Below are positions 47,266-56,095 of a stretch of DNA of 64,000 nucleotides, in pieces. The notes under the pieces are model-generated. The model searched no databases and was not told the origin of the DNA. It saw nothing but the letters and a program-made list of their open reading frames with translations. The position numbers and the translations under genes are program-made. The stretch covers positions 212,773-276,772 of IMG/VR virus record IMGVR_UViG_3300027710_000011, one strand, 5' to 3'. Each line of letters starts with the position of its first letter. Within the stretch, counting starts at the first letter, position 1.

Positions 47266-47598
47266 ATGTCCGCCTTGAGCAGTAAGATCCGGAAAGTTGA
47301 AGGCGGGTACGTTCATTGGTGCCCTGCTTGCAACACGACGCATTTCTTTCGGGAACGCATTCCTTTTGAAACCAGGCCAACCTGGACGTACGACTATTGT
47401 CACGACCACCCGTCCTTTGATCCATCGATGAACATCAATAGTCCTCAAAGCACTGATGATCCATCCGATGTGATCCCTGCTTATTGCTGTCATTACCGAC
47501 TGATAAGCGGATACCTCCACTACTGCAGCGATTGCACTCATGCATTCCGTAATCAGGTGGTGGAACTTCCCGATCTGCCTGCTCATCTTGCTGCATGA
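47266..47598 (+). CDS. DUF6527-like Cys/His metal-binding protein
   Basis: HWCPAC...H, WTY..., PSFDPSM, CHYRLISG, CSDCTH and VELPDLP motifs. Confidence 0.7.
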   Translation: MSALSSKIRKVEGGYVHWCPACNTTHFFRERIPFETRPTWTYDYCHDHPSFDPSMNINSPQSTDDPSDVIPAYCCHYRLISGYLHYCSDCTHAFRNQVVELPDLPAHLAA

Positions 47599-47618
47599 GA
47601 GTAGACGGAATAAAAAAG

Positions 47619-47660
47619 CATATGGGACCTGTGCAGGGATCACCCGCACAGGTCTTTATG
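47619..47660. terminator. Bidirectional hairpin ending TTTATG
   Basis: GACCTGTGC...GCACAGGTC-TTTATG, with CATA on the 5' side. Confidence 0.7.
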
Positions 47661-47667
47661 CCGTCGT

Positions 47668-48099
47668 TCAGGAGACGATCAGTTCCTGATTCTTCATCAA
47701 CTGGATCAAGTCTTCGCGCATCCCCTTCCGATTGGAGTACTTCAACCATGAAGGGATTTCGTTCAGAATTGTGTTGACGAGATCTTCAGCAGGCGCTGCG
47801 TCGGATTGTGGTGTCGGGTAGAGCATCACGTTCCCAGCATCTGTTTTCCAGATGACCTTGCTCAAGTGCACGGGTAGTGCCAGAGCTTGGTCTTCACTGC
47901 TCAACGCCATGACGGAGTTGAGTTTGTGCAGCGTTGTTGAGTTGAACTTGCTCTTGTCGCCGCAGAATCTCGCTGAGAGCGAGGCGAACAAGATCAAGCG
48001 CTTCGTTCGAGTCGGAAGGATCCGACTCAGAAGTGCCGAAATGCCAAAACGTGAGCGATGTGCTTTTGTTCCGGCCTCTTGAAAGTTCTTTTCACTCAT
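47668..48099 (-). CDS. Hypothetical protein (143 aa)
   Basis: Fills the gap downstream of the RNase H gene. Confidence 0.65.
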   Translation of the reverse strand: MSEKNFQEAGTKAHRSRFGISALLSRILPTRTKRLILFASLSARFCGDKSKFNSTTLHKLNSVMALSSEDQALALPVHLSKVIWKTDAGNVMLYPTPQSDAAPAEDLVNTILNEIPSWLKYSNRKGMREDLIQLMKNQELIVS

Positions 48100-48167
48100 G
48101 GTTACAAAGACGCGTACATGAGATCACTCTCACTTAAGCGTCTACCTCGTAGTTGAACAAAAGAGTA

Positions 48168-49772
48168 TCAGGCGATCAATCTGAGGTTGCTATAGTAACC
48201 CGCCCAGATACCCACACATCCCTGTGCCTTGATCACTGTTGCGTACCGGAAGGCCTTTTCACTTTCAGCCCACGTAATAACGTAGACTTCTGGTTTCTGA
48301 CCATCAAGCCGCTTCAGGGAATTCCGAGCAAGCAAATCCGAACCAATGGTGAGTTTAAGCTTGTAGGGCTCAGACCCATCTTTGAGCGGATGTGCAATAT
48401 CAACCTCGAGCACTGCGAGGCCGACGCTGATTTCTGGACGCAGTTTGTGGAATGGTACTTCCACGCCCTTTTCCTTCTTCGGCGTAACCTCGTAGAGCAG
48501 CGACGTAATGTCGGTGGACTTAATGTGTTCCTTGCCTTCCAAGAAATCAGACAAGTTATGGTCAAGCGCTGTCAGCGCATCAACCGCACGCATCGAAATC
48601 CTCGCAGGCTGGTAATCACGAGTCAAGGGTGTATCACCCACAAAAGACAGATCCATCCGATATCCGTTGGGCGGTTGAATGCCCAGCTCTCCATAGGTAT
48701 TCAGGAAGTAAGTCACTTCCGGATTGAACAAATTGGACAAGTTCACGGAGAACAAGGAATCTGAACCCTTGGAGTATTTTGCCTGCAATGTACGGATATC
48801 GTCGATTGTCTTATCGAACTCTTCCATGCGCACCACAGCGAACGAGCCGTCGCTCATCCGGTTGCCCAAGAGCTCTTCGTCCTTACCGTGGTTGCCCAGA
48901 TAATAGATGCCGTTGATGCTTGCACCTGGCAACGTATTGAAGTAGACATAGCGGTGAGCTAAGAACGGATGTCGTTCATTGTCAATCTTCCAATACCCGT
49001 CAGCATTTGTGGTGCGGACGTCTTTGAAGTTTTCATCTTTGGAATGCATCGCTTTGAACACACCGAGCGTAGCCAGCTTGTCCGTACGCTCGTTACCAAC
49101 ATCACCGCTGTGGCCACGAACCCAATCCACCTTCAGGATAATACCTGCGTCTTTGAGACGATGGTAGACCTCACGGATCTTTTGCCACAACGGAACATTG
49201 GAAATGGATGAACCATCGGGCTTGAGCCAGTTGTTCTTTGCCCAGCGATCCATCCAGCCATCAATACCTTTACAAGTATATTGAGAGTCGGAACGAATCT
49301 GCAAGTAGCGCAGTTCACGTCCTGGTTCAGACTTCTTCAACTCTTCTTCGAAATGCTCCAGTGCCAACAAAGCACCAGTCATTTCGGCAGCGTTATTGGT
49401 AACACTCAAACCAGCTACAGCGATGATGTCGATGTAGGATTCAGGCATGACCATGACTGGATCGCCATTTTGAATTCGCTTGAGAAACCAAGCCTCATCG
49501 CGACCTTCCGGCGATTGAGTTTCAGTCTTGGAGATGTAACCGAACGTGGAAGTCACAATCGATCCAAGACCGCATCCCTTCACAGTGCCAGCAGTGTCAG
49601 CAATGTATCCGTGCAAGCCTGTGCCGCCGAAGCCAGGATTTGTAGGACGAGCACCGCCGTCGGCATAGATCACCATACCACGAACACTGGCAGTATTGCG
49701 ATCTTCTTTCTTGATCTTTTCTTTTTTAGCAACTGGTGCATCCACCAATTGTTCTTGAACGGCATCACTCAT
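48168..49772 (-). CDS. rnhA: Ribonuclease HI with a large C-terminal extension (phiKZ gp155-like)
   Basis: IYADGG, TNNAAEM, RSDSQY and WVRGHSGDVGNERTDKLA catalytic motifs; start set at ATG 49772 (AGGAG RBS). Confidence 0.9.
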   Translation of the reverse strand: MSDAVQEQLVDAPVAKKEKIKKEDRNTASVRGMVIYADGGARPTNPGFGGTGLHGYIADTAGTVKGCGLGSIVTSTFGYISKTETQSPEGRDEAWFLKRIQNGDPVMVMPESYIDIIAVAGLSVTNNAAEMTGALLALEHFEEELKKSEPGRELRYLQIRSDSQYTCKGIDGWMDRWAKNNWLKPDGSSISNVPLWQKIREVYHRLKDAGIILKVDWVRGHSGDVGNERTDKLATLGVFKAMHSKDENFKDVRTTNADGYWKIDNERHPFLAHRYVYFNTLPGASINGIYYLGNHGKDEELLGNRMSDGSFAVVRMEEFDKTIDDIRTLQAKYSKGSDSLFSVNLSNLFNPEVTYFLNTYGELGIQPPNGYRMDLSFVGDTPLTRDYQPARISMRAVDALTALDHNLSDFLEGKEHIKSTDITSLLYEVTPKKEKGVEVPFHKLRPEISVGLAVLEVDIAHPLKDGSEPYKLKLTIGSDLLARNSLKRLDGQKPEVYVITWAESEKAFRYATVIKAQGCVGIWAGYYSNLRLIA

Positions 49773-49835
49773 GTTGATTATTCTCCTGCGCAATAACTGT
49801 AGTCAAAGAATGACTTTAATGCGTAATTAAGAGCC

Positions 49836-50333
49836 TTATTGAACTACAACCATGCGACAGGTGGCTACGTGCTTCCTATAAGCCTCAGCATCTTGCGCTT
49901 GCTCAATCTTGGAATACTGATACATCTTCTTCATCATCGTCAGCAAAGCGCTGTTAAAGCGATCAGGAGAGAGTTTAGCCATCTCTTCCATCTGTGCTTC
50001 TGTCAAACGCGGTAAAGGCCCGTGCTTAGGCGGTATCAGTCTTGCGCACATTTCAACCTTTTGAACCGAAGCAGCCGCCGCGACCGGCTTGACGACGTCA
50101 GTCTGCTCATCATCGTTCATGGCGTTCTTCAGCTTACTCAGGTTGTCAGCGGTGATCTTTGAACCGCTCGGAACGTTAGGTTGTCCTACGCTTATGTCGA
50201 GATCGCGACCAACTTTGACGCCAGTATTGATATCCACGTAAGAGTAAGAAACAGGGTCTTTGTAAACCGTGCAACTAGCGAGACAAGTGATGCAGAAAAG
50301 CATCATCGATAGTCGTGTAAAGAAGTTGTTCAT
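49836..50333 (-). CDS. Lipoprotein, candidate o-spanin
   Basis: Signal peptide with lipobox LASC; two further Cys and a Pro-rich segment. Confidence 0.55.
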   Translation of the reverse strand: MNNFFTRLSMMLFCITCLASCTVYKDPVSYSYVDINTGVKVGRDLDISVGQPNVPSGSKITADNLSKLKNAMNDDEQTDVVKPVAAAASVQKVEMCARLIPPKHGPLPRLTEAQMEEMAKLSPDRFNSALLTMMKKMYQYSKIEQAQDAEAYRKHVATCRMVVVQ

Positions 50334-50335
50334 GA

Positions 50336-50677
50336 TTAGTCCTTGAAGACGTCCTTAAGTTTCTTGTGATTCTCTTCTTGATTAGAGATCGAATCTGGTG
50401 CCGAAGCTGCGCTGGAAGACATTACGGGTTGTTCAGCGCGAGCTGGCTTACCCGGTGTAGGTTTAACAACGGTTCCTTGCTTAATGCTTTCTTCTCGCCT
50501 TTTTGACGCCATATCGTAAATCTTCCCAAGTGAGAAGTAGTTCAACAATAGGGACAAGGTTAGCATCAAGATCAATGCCGACAGGAGCTTGTTTGAAAGT
50601 ACGACTTCTTTAAGACTTTTGCCTGCAAAGAACATCTCACTTACAAAAGGCCAGATTGCCTTTATGAGGTCAAACAT
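50336..50677 (-). CDS. Inner-membrane protein, candidate i-spanin or holin
   Basis: Hydrophobic helix LLSALILMLTLSLLLNYFSL; stop lies 2 nt before the lipoprotein start. Confidence 0.5.
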   Translation of the reverse strand: MFDLIKAIWPFVSEMFFAGKSLKEVVLSNKLLSALILMLTLSLLLNYFSLGKIYDMASKRREESIKQGTVVKPTPGKPARAEQPVMSSSAASAPDSISNQEENHKKLKDVFKD

Positions 50678-50819
50678 ATGACATCCTTAATCCTGTGTGT
50701 GTAAATCACATTTGTTGTGATTTTTGCGCGTATACCCGCGCTCTTAATCATCACTAGAGTGCAGCTGTGCACCTCGTGTTGACTCCCAAATAACGCCAAC
50801 TCCGGTTTGGAGATTTTCA

Positions 50820-52172
50820 ATGTACGCTTCCAAAAGTTTTTGCAACGTCGGGCAGTTCATGTCCAACGTTCCAGGTACCAACTCGCCAATTGGCGAAATT
50901 ACTCCTGATGGACTGACCTTCTCTCGGGAAGTTGGGATCTACGAAGACCCAACCATCGCTGGCTTCACCTTGTACAACTTCAAGAGCGCTACCGATGGTC
51001 AAGGTGGTGGTCCGGTAGTTGTTCCCGGCAGCCTTGTCAGCAAATCGATTGCGTTCATGCGGTTTTTGGTCAACACCATCACCGCAGCTCCTGGTCAGGT
51101 TTACGTTGATGAACTGCTTCAAGCACTGGTAACATACGGCGCTCAAAACGGTATCAGCGAGATCACTCTGGGCGCGATCGTCAAGCACGATCAAGTCTGG
51201 TGCCCAGATTGGGTAAAGTTCAAAATGGATTCCCTGGCTCTTACAGCCGGCGGAGCAGTCATTGATAACGAGAACACCGTCTGGTTGTCGAGCGCTGCTT
51301 TTGAGACACAATACAGCGAGTATCAAATCGTCGTGGTTCCTCCCATCGACAATTTGGATTTGTTTTTTGGAACAGGTGCTAGCGTTGTCAACATGATCAA
51401 CGCCATCAGTTTCCCACAAATCATTGACCGAATGAACGTGTTTCGTGGAGGTCATCCTGAGACGACTTATCGTTCGGATGAGTACGAATACATCTTCGCG
51501 CTGAACAGCACTATTCGCAAAAATGTGAACTGGCCTGTTCTGATCTACGGACCTGCTGGCAACAACATCGATGCGATCAAGGACGCATTGATCGAGTACA
51601 TCCTGGCCCACAGTTCGTACGATCGGGCTGCTTGGACGCAGATCTTCCCAGACATCTTCAAGCGTACTGAGTTCATCCTTGCGCCTGTGTGGCAGAATTA
51701 TGCGATTGCCAATCGCACACAAGCTGCCGGTGTATATTCGCCAATCGGTTTACTTACTGAGATGGCGACATACATCAAACGTGTGGCTCCAGCTTACGTG
51801 GCGACGCATGTTGACGCGAACGCTTGCTTGCTGGGTCATCCGTATCGGTCGTTGAATCTGATGGCAATTGGCGGGATCGATAACCGCGATGCGAAGTATC
51901 GGATCAGTCAGATCTTCCCTGACTACATCAATGTCTCCACAACGAGCATTGAGTTCAACCGCATGGCGCCTGAGACACAGTTGTGGGCCTTGGCCTTGGC
52001 AGAGATGATCATCTTGGCTGAAACCATGAACAAGTACACCACGTTGCCGCAAGGCTACATGAAGGTGACACGTGATGGAATTCTCTATATTGTCAAGACC
52101 ATCGGGAAGATCCAGTACCTGATCGCTACAAAGCGTTCGGTGTACGACCTCCTTGGACTGGTGTACGATTGA
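50820..52172 (+). CDS. Conserved phiKZ-like virion structural protein (450 aa)
   Basis: GGAG RBS; SPIGEIT, QYSEYQIVVVPP, IYGPAGN, WTQIFPDIFKRTEF and FPDYI motifs. Confidence 0.7.
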   Translation: MYASKSFCNVGQFMSNVPGTNSPIGEITPDGLTFSREVGIYEDPTIAGFTLYNFKSATDGQGGGPVVVPGSLVSKSIAFMRFLVNTITAAPGQVYVDELLQALVTYGAQNGISEITLGAIVKHDQVWCPDWVKFKMDSLALTAGGAVIDNENTVWLSSAAFETQYSEYQIVVVPPIDNLDLFFGTGASVVNMINAISFPQIIDRMNVFRGGHPETTYRSDEYEYIFALNSTIRKNVNWPVLIYGPAGNNIDAIKDALIEYILAHSSYDRAAWTQIFPDIFKRTEFILAPVWQNYAIANRTQAAGVYSPIGLLTEMATYIKRVAPAYVATHVDANACLLGHPYRSLNLMAIGGIDNRDAKYRISQIFPDYINVSTTSIEFNRMAPETQLWALALAEMIILAETMNKYTTLPQGYMKVTRDGILYIVKTIGKIQYLIATKRSVYDLLGLVYD

Positions 52173-52183
52173 GAGGCTAAGCA

Positions 52184-52798
52184 ATGTCTCTAGTCCCTCC
52201 AATCAACGTAGCTGGTATTTACAGCCTTTCGGGGCCGTGGAGCCAGGACGTTGTTCCCAATACTCCATACACGTGCGTTGCCGTCCGTAAGTTCGTAGAC
52301 ATCATCCGTAAAGGCGAGGATCCATTCACGCTTTATTACGCACCGAAGTCTTTGAATGTTGCGGACTATCAGCGAGACAGTCAGTACGGAGAATGCATCG
52401 TCACTCTGCGAAGCGCAGGCGGGCAATTCATCTACGTACCTACGTCTTACATTCAATCATACCCTAACCAATCCGGCATTCCTTACGCTGTTATGGTCCT
52501 GGGTGTGAATCTGGGTGCAGTTCCAAATCACGCTGACTTGTCAGTAATTCGCCAGAAGATCTCTGATGTCGTTCAGGGGTACTACGGGATTACGCCGTCA
52601 ATTCAACAAGCAGTGATCTCTGAGGTGGTGACGAAGACCGCAGCTGATCACGGAGCAATCGAAGCAGCGCGCCAATCAGCGATCATCGAGCGGCAGACGG
52701 ATTATTCAAAGCTACTCTTGGCTGAACAAACGATCCTGTCTCAAGCCCAGAAGATCGCTCAACTCGAAGCGTACATCAAAGCTCGTTTACCGATTTAA
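52184..52798 (+). CDS. Conserved putative virion protein (204 aa)
   Basis: PPINVAGIYSL, YVPTSYIQSYP and a C-terminal coiled coil. Confidence 0.65.
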   Translation: MSLVPPINVAGIYSLSGPWSQDVVPNTPYTCVAVRKFVDIIRKGEDPFTLYYAPKSLNVADYQRDSQYGECIVTLRSAGGQFIYVPTSYIQSYPNQSGIPYAVMVLGVNLGAVPNHADLSVIRQKISDVVQGYYGITPSIQQAVISEVVTKTAADHGAIEAARQSAIIERQTDYSKLLLAEQTILSQAQKIAQLEAYIKARLPI

Positions 52799-52809
52799 GG
52801 ATTCTTTTC

Positions 52810-53238
52810 ATGTATCTCGATCTATCATTCGTTGTTGAGCTGGTGACTGATGTCTGCACTTGGGCTGAACGTAATCCTGTCTTTGCGACCATCGTCGCAA
52901 CAGGTGCTTTCCTGCATGCGTTTTTTGCACTGTACGTCGTCGTGACGGCTTTGTACAGAGCGCATCTGGATAAGACGATGACCAAGGTAGGTTACATCCT
53001 GGGCTACCCGTTGCTGATCCTGGCTGGATTGGTTGACGTTCTTGCTCAGTTCACCATCTTTACCATTGTCTTTGTGGAGCTTCCGCAAGAACTCTTGGTG
53101 ACGGATCGCCTGCGTCGATACCTGATCGGTGGCGGAGATGTGTATGGTTGGCGTTACCGCGCTGCCAAGTACATCTGCAGCAAACTGCTGGACTACTTTG
53201 ATCCACGTGGCGGCCATTGCATTCCGTTGAAGACTTGA
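52810..53238 (+). CDS. Phage membrane protein with 2-3 TM segments
   Basis: Hydrophobic helices followed by ELLVTDRLRRY..GWR...C..LLDYFDP.GGHC. Confidence 0.7.
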   Translation: MYLDLSFVVELVTDVCTWAERNPVFATIVATGAFLHAFFALYVVVTALYRAHLDKTMTKVGYILGYPLLILAGLVDVLAQFTIFTIVFVELPQELLVTDRLRRYLIGGGDVYGWRYRAAKYICSKLLDYFDPRGGHCIPLKT

Positions 53239-53245
53239 CGGAATA

Positions 53246-53277
53246 ATAAAGAGGAGGGTAGATCCCTCCTCTTTATG
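53246..53277 (+). terminator. Hairpin terminator ending TTTATG
   Basis: ATAAAGAGGAGGG-TAGAT-CCCTCCTCTTTATG. Confidence 0.75.
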
Positions 53278-53320
53278 ACCGGAATTCTTTGACATCGCAG
53301 TTTTCACATGAAAGAGAATT

Positions 53321-56008
53321 ATGAAAGATATTAGTGCAGGTGACTCGTCACCGAAGCTCGATAAGAGTTCTTTGATCGATTCTGCTACCGCGCTAAATCT
53401 GTGGTATAAGTTCGTCGAACTCACAAATGACTTTACCACTCCTCTCCAGTTCAACAAAGCCACGTTGACTATCGGTAACACTGTGTCTCGTAACACAGCA
53501 ACTGACCAACGTGGCTTCGAATTGCAAGACACCACAGGTACCAAGATCGCAGCACTGCGTAGTCCAGCTGCATCTAATTTGGTTTACTTGGAATCTGCAT
53601 TGGGTTATCCATTGTCTCTGCGCGTAAGTAGCGCGGAGATTGCGCAAGTCAGTGCTACCGGCTTGGGTATCGGAATGTCAGCAGCTGAGAAGCTGTCAAT
53701 TGGTAGCGCTTCTAACAACACAAATAACGCACTCGCAATTTATGCTCAAACATCTGCAGGAAGCCAAAGCTTTGCTTCCATCACTCAAGAAGCGGCGGTT
53801 GGTTCCACAAACTTCCGTTATGGTAGTGGCCCTGGTGGTACTACTAAGCATCTGGTCTTCACTGGTAGTGGTGGGAACCAAACATTTCTGACATCCACTG
53901 GTGACCTTGGTCTGAACTCCAATGGTCCAGCAAGCGTCCTTTATTCTGGCGCTCGTTACTTGACGGTTCAAGGCCCGTCTGGTCCAGGCGTTCTTGAATT
54001 CGCATCAAGCGTAGCCGATGCAACGCTTGGTGTTCGCGGTGTTGTCTGCTTGTCAGACATTGGCAATACAGTACTCAGTGACAAACGTGCCGCAGCGTTT
54101 GACATGGGTACAGTTGGTACCACTGCAAATAACAGAGGCGGTTACGCTCGCATCCTTGCTAAGGCTGACGGCGGTGCTTTGGCTGAAGCAGCTGTCTTTT
54201 ATAGCAACCAAGTCAAGATCACTCCTGCCTTGGTTGTTACAAACACAATCACCGCTACGTCCTTCAGAGCCAACCAAGGTCTATCATCCGGTGACAACGG
54301 CGTCACGGGTTATGCTTTCGGAACTGATGGCGATACAGGACTGTTCGCAGTTGGTTCCGGAATCGCATCGACGAATCTAAGAATGACGCTGAACGGCGTC
54401 AACTGTGTCGATACATCTATCGTTAGCGGTAGTCCTTACACCGCTTTTGGTTCAACCGGAGCAAGACCTGTTGCAATCAGCACCTCAAATGGAACGATTT
54501 CATTCAAAGGTGATCCAGGCGGCTGGGCTATGGGTCCAGTATGGTTAAGCAATGATGGAACGCAAGTTGCCACCATTGCTGGTGTTGGCGGCGGAAATAC
54601 GTTTAGCTACATCAGTATTGGTCCGACATACAGCGCACCATGGATGATGATTGTTCCTTCGACTGGTATTCATTTCCAGATCAAGGCTCAATCCAATTCG
54701 ACACTAGGTCAGATCAAAGATCAGTCAGCAGCGACTACTGCTGGCTTGGTTGTGCAGACCAATCAATCAGGTGTGCTGGGTGTAGACGGTGCTTTCATCA
54801 CTTACATGAACAAGGACGGCAGTAAGCTGTTCTCGGCAGGTATGGATGCCGACGGTGAATTCAAAGTAGGTGGTGGATCTCTTGGTGCTTCAGCTAAGAA
54901 GATTTATCACGAAGGATTCAACCCAGGCGCAATGACGTACCGTGCGACATTTCCTATCGCTGATGCTGATTTGTATCGGCCATCAGGCTTGTATCAAATG
55001 CAGAACGTTGGAAATACTGCTTCGTTTGGTGTTTTGGAGTTTTCAGACATTGGCGGCTCCGCATCACGTGTTCAGCAAGTCTTCTGGTACGGGAACAATC
55101 CAGGACAACCAGCATCTGGCGATGAGATGTATTTTCGCGTCGCCCGTGACTCCCAGTCAAATTTTGACTCGTATCCAACCTTAGGTAATCGCGTCTGGCA
55201 CTCTGGCAATATCTCGCCGATGACAACCAGTACAGATTATGCGACACCCACTGGGTTTGGAATGCGCGCTACAGTTGCTCCGACTAACGTTGGTGATACG
55301 TGGTTCAGTACGCCGTCCTACGCTACAGGGCAAGGTGATGGTCGCACTCATTTTGGCTATTTGATTGACGCAAGTGCCGCTAAGACGTGCTATAACTACA
55401 TTCGTGGTGCACGTACGTATTTCGATGGCTCTGTCAGTATGGGCGCCGTCGGTATTGTCTCCGGACGTTCAGCGAAGTTGACAATCTCTTATTCCGGTGA
55501 TGGTTCACAGCACGGTATCACTCTGAATAGCTCATCCATCAACGCAACGGCTGCCATCATGTTCTGTACCGGTGGTACCGACGTGTCACCAGGAACATTG
55601 CAAGGTAGCATCAGTATCTTGAACAACACGGTTTCCTACAACCAAACGTCTGATTTGCGTATCAAGGAAAACGTCAAGCCTGCTGCTTGGGCCACTAGCA
55701 AGATCAAAGCCATTGAAGTCATCGAGTATGATCTCAAAGATACAAAGACACATGTCGAGTACGGCTTTGCTGCTCAGCAACTCAACGCCGTCATCAAACA
55801 AGCGGTCACACCTGGTAATGAAGGTGAGATCGAGGAAGCTGGTGACGTGTGGCAGGTTGATAACTCAAAGATCGTTCCTCTGCTGGTTAAGTCTCAGCAA
55901 GAAACGATCGAAGCGCTTGAAAGTACGACCAATGCATTGAAAGATGCGTTGGAAATGATCTCCGTTCTTCAATCCGAACTCCGTGATCTGAAGAAGAAGG
56001 TGGGGTAA
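53321..56008 (+). CDS. Tail fibre/spike with a C-terminal S74-type intramolecular chaperone
   Basis: Gly/Ser/Thr-rich beta repeats; fibre motifs IYHEGFNP and VWHSGN; QTSDLRIKENV...GFAAQQL...VDNSKIVPLLVKSQQE plus a coiled coil. Confidence 0.85.
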   Translation: MKDISAGDSSPKLDKSSLIDSATALNLWYKFVELTNDFTTPLQFNKATLTIGNTVSRNTATDQRGFELQDTTGTKIAALRSPAASNLVYLESALGYPLSLRVSSAEIAQVSATGLGIGMSAAEKLSIGSASNNTNNALAIYAQTSAGSQSFASITQEAAVGSTNFRYGSGPGGTTKHLVFTGSGGNQTFLTSTGDLGLNSNGPASVLYSGARYLTVQGPSGPGVLEFASSVADATLGVRGVVCLSDIGNTVLSDKRAAAFDMGTVGTTANNRGGYARILAKADGGALAEAAVFYSNQVKITPALVVTNTITATSFRANQGLSSGDNGVTGYAFGTDGDTGLFAVGSGIASTNLRMTLNGVNCVDTSIVSGSPYTAFGSTGARPVAISTSNGTISFKGDPGGWAMGPVWLSNDGTQVATIAGVGGGNTFSYISIGPTYSAPWMMIVPSTGIHFQIKAQSNSTLGQIKDQSAATTAGLVVQTNQSGVLGVDGAFITYMNKDGSKLFSAGMDADGEFKVGGGSLGASAKKIYHEGFNPGAMTYRATFPIADADLYRPSGLYQMQNVGNTASFGVLEFSDIGGSASRVQQVFWYGNNPGQPASGDEMYFRVARDSQSNFDSYPTLGNRVWHSGNISPMTTSTDYATPTGFGMRATVAPTNVGDTWFSTPSYATGQGDGRTHFGYLIDASAAKTCYNYIRGARTYFDGSVSMGAVGIVSGRSAKLTISYSGDGSQHGITLNSSSINATAAIMFCTGGTDVSPGTLQGSISILNNTVSYNQTSDLRIKENVKPAAWATSKIKAIEVIEYDLKDTKTHVEYGFAAQQLNAVIKQAVTPGNEGEIEEAGDVWQVDNSKIVPLLVKSQQETIEALESTTNALKDALEMISVLQSELRDLKKKVG

Positions 56009-56039
56009 AAAGAGAGACCCATTAGGGTCTCTCTTTATG
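56009..56039 (+). terminator. Hairpin terminator ending TTTATG
   Basis: AAAGAGAGACCC-ATTA-GGGTCTCTCTTTATG. Confidence 0.75.
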
Positions 56040-56095
56040 CTGTTCTTTTTTATTGCGAATTTTGTGTACTTTGCATCTAATTCTGAGGATAACAA

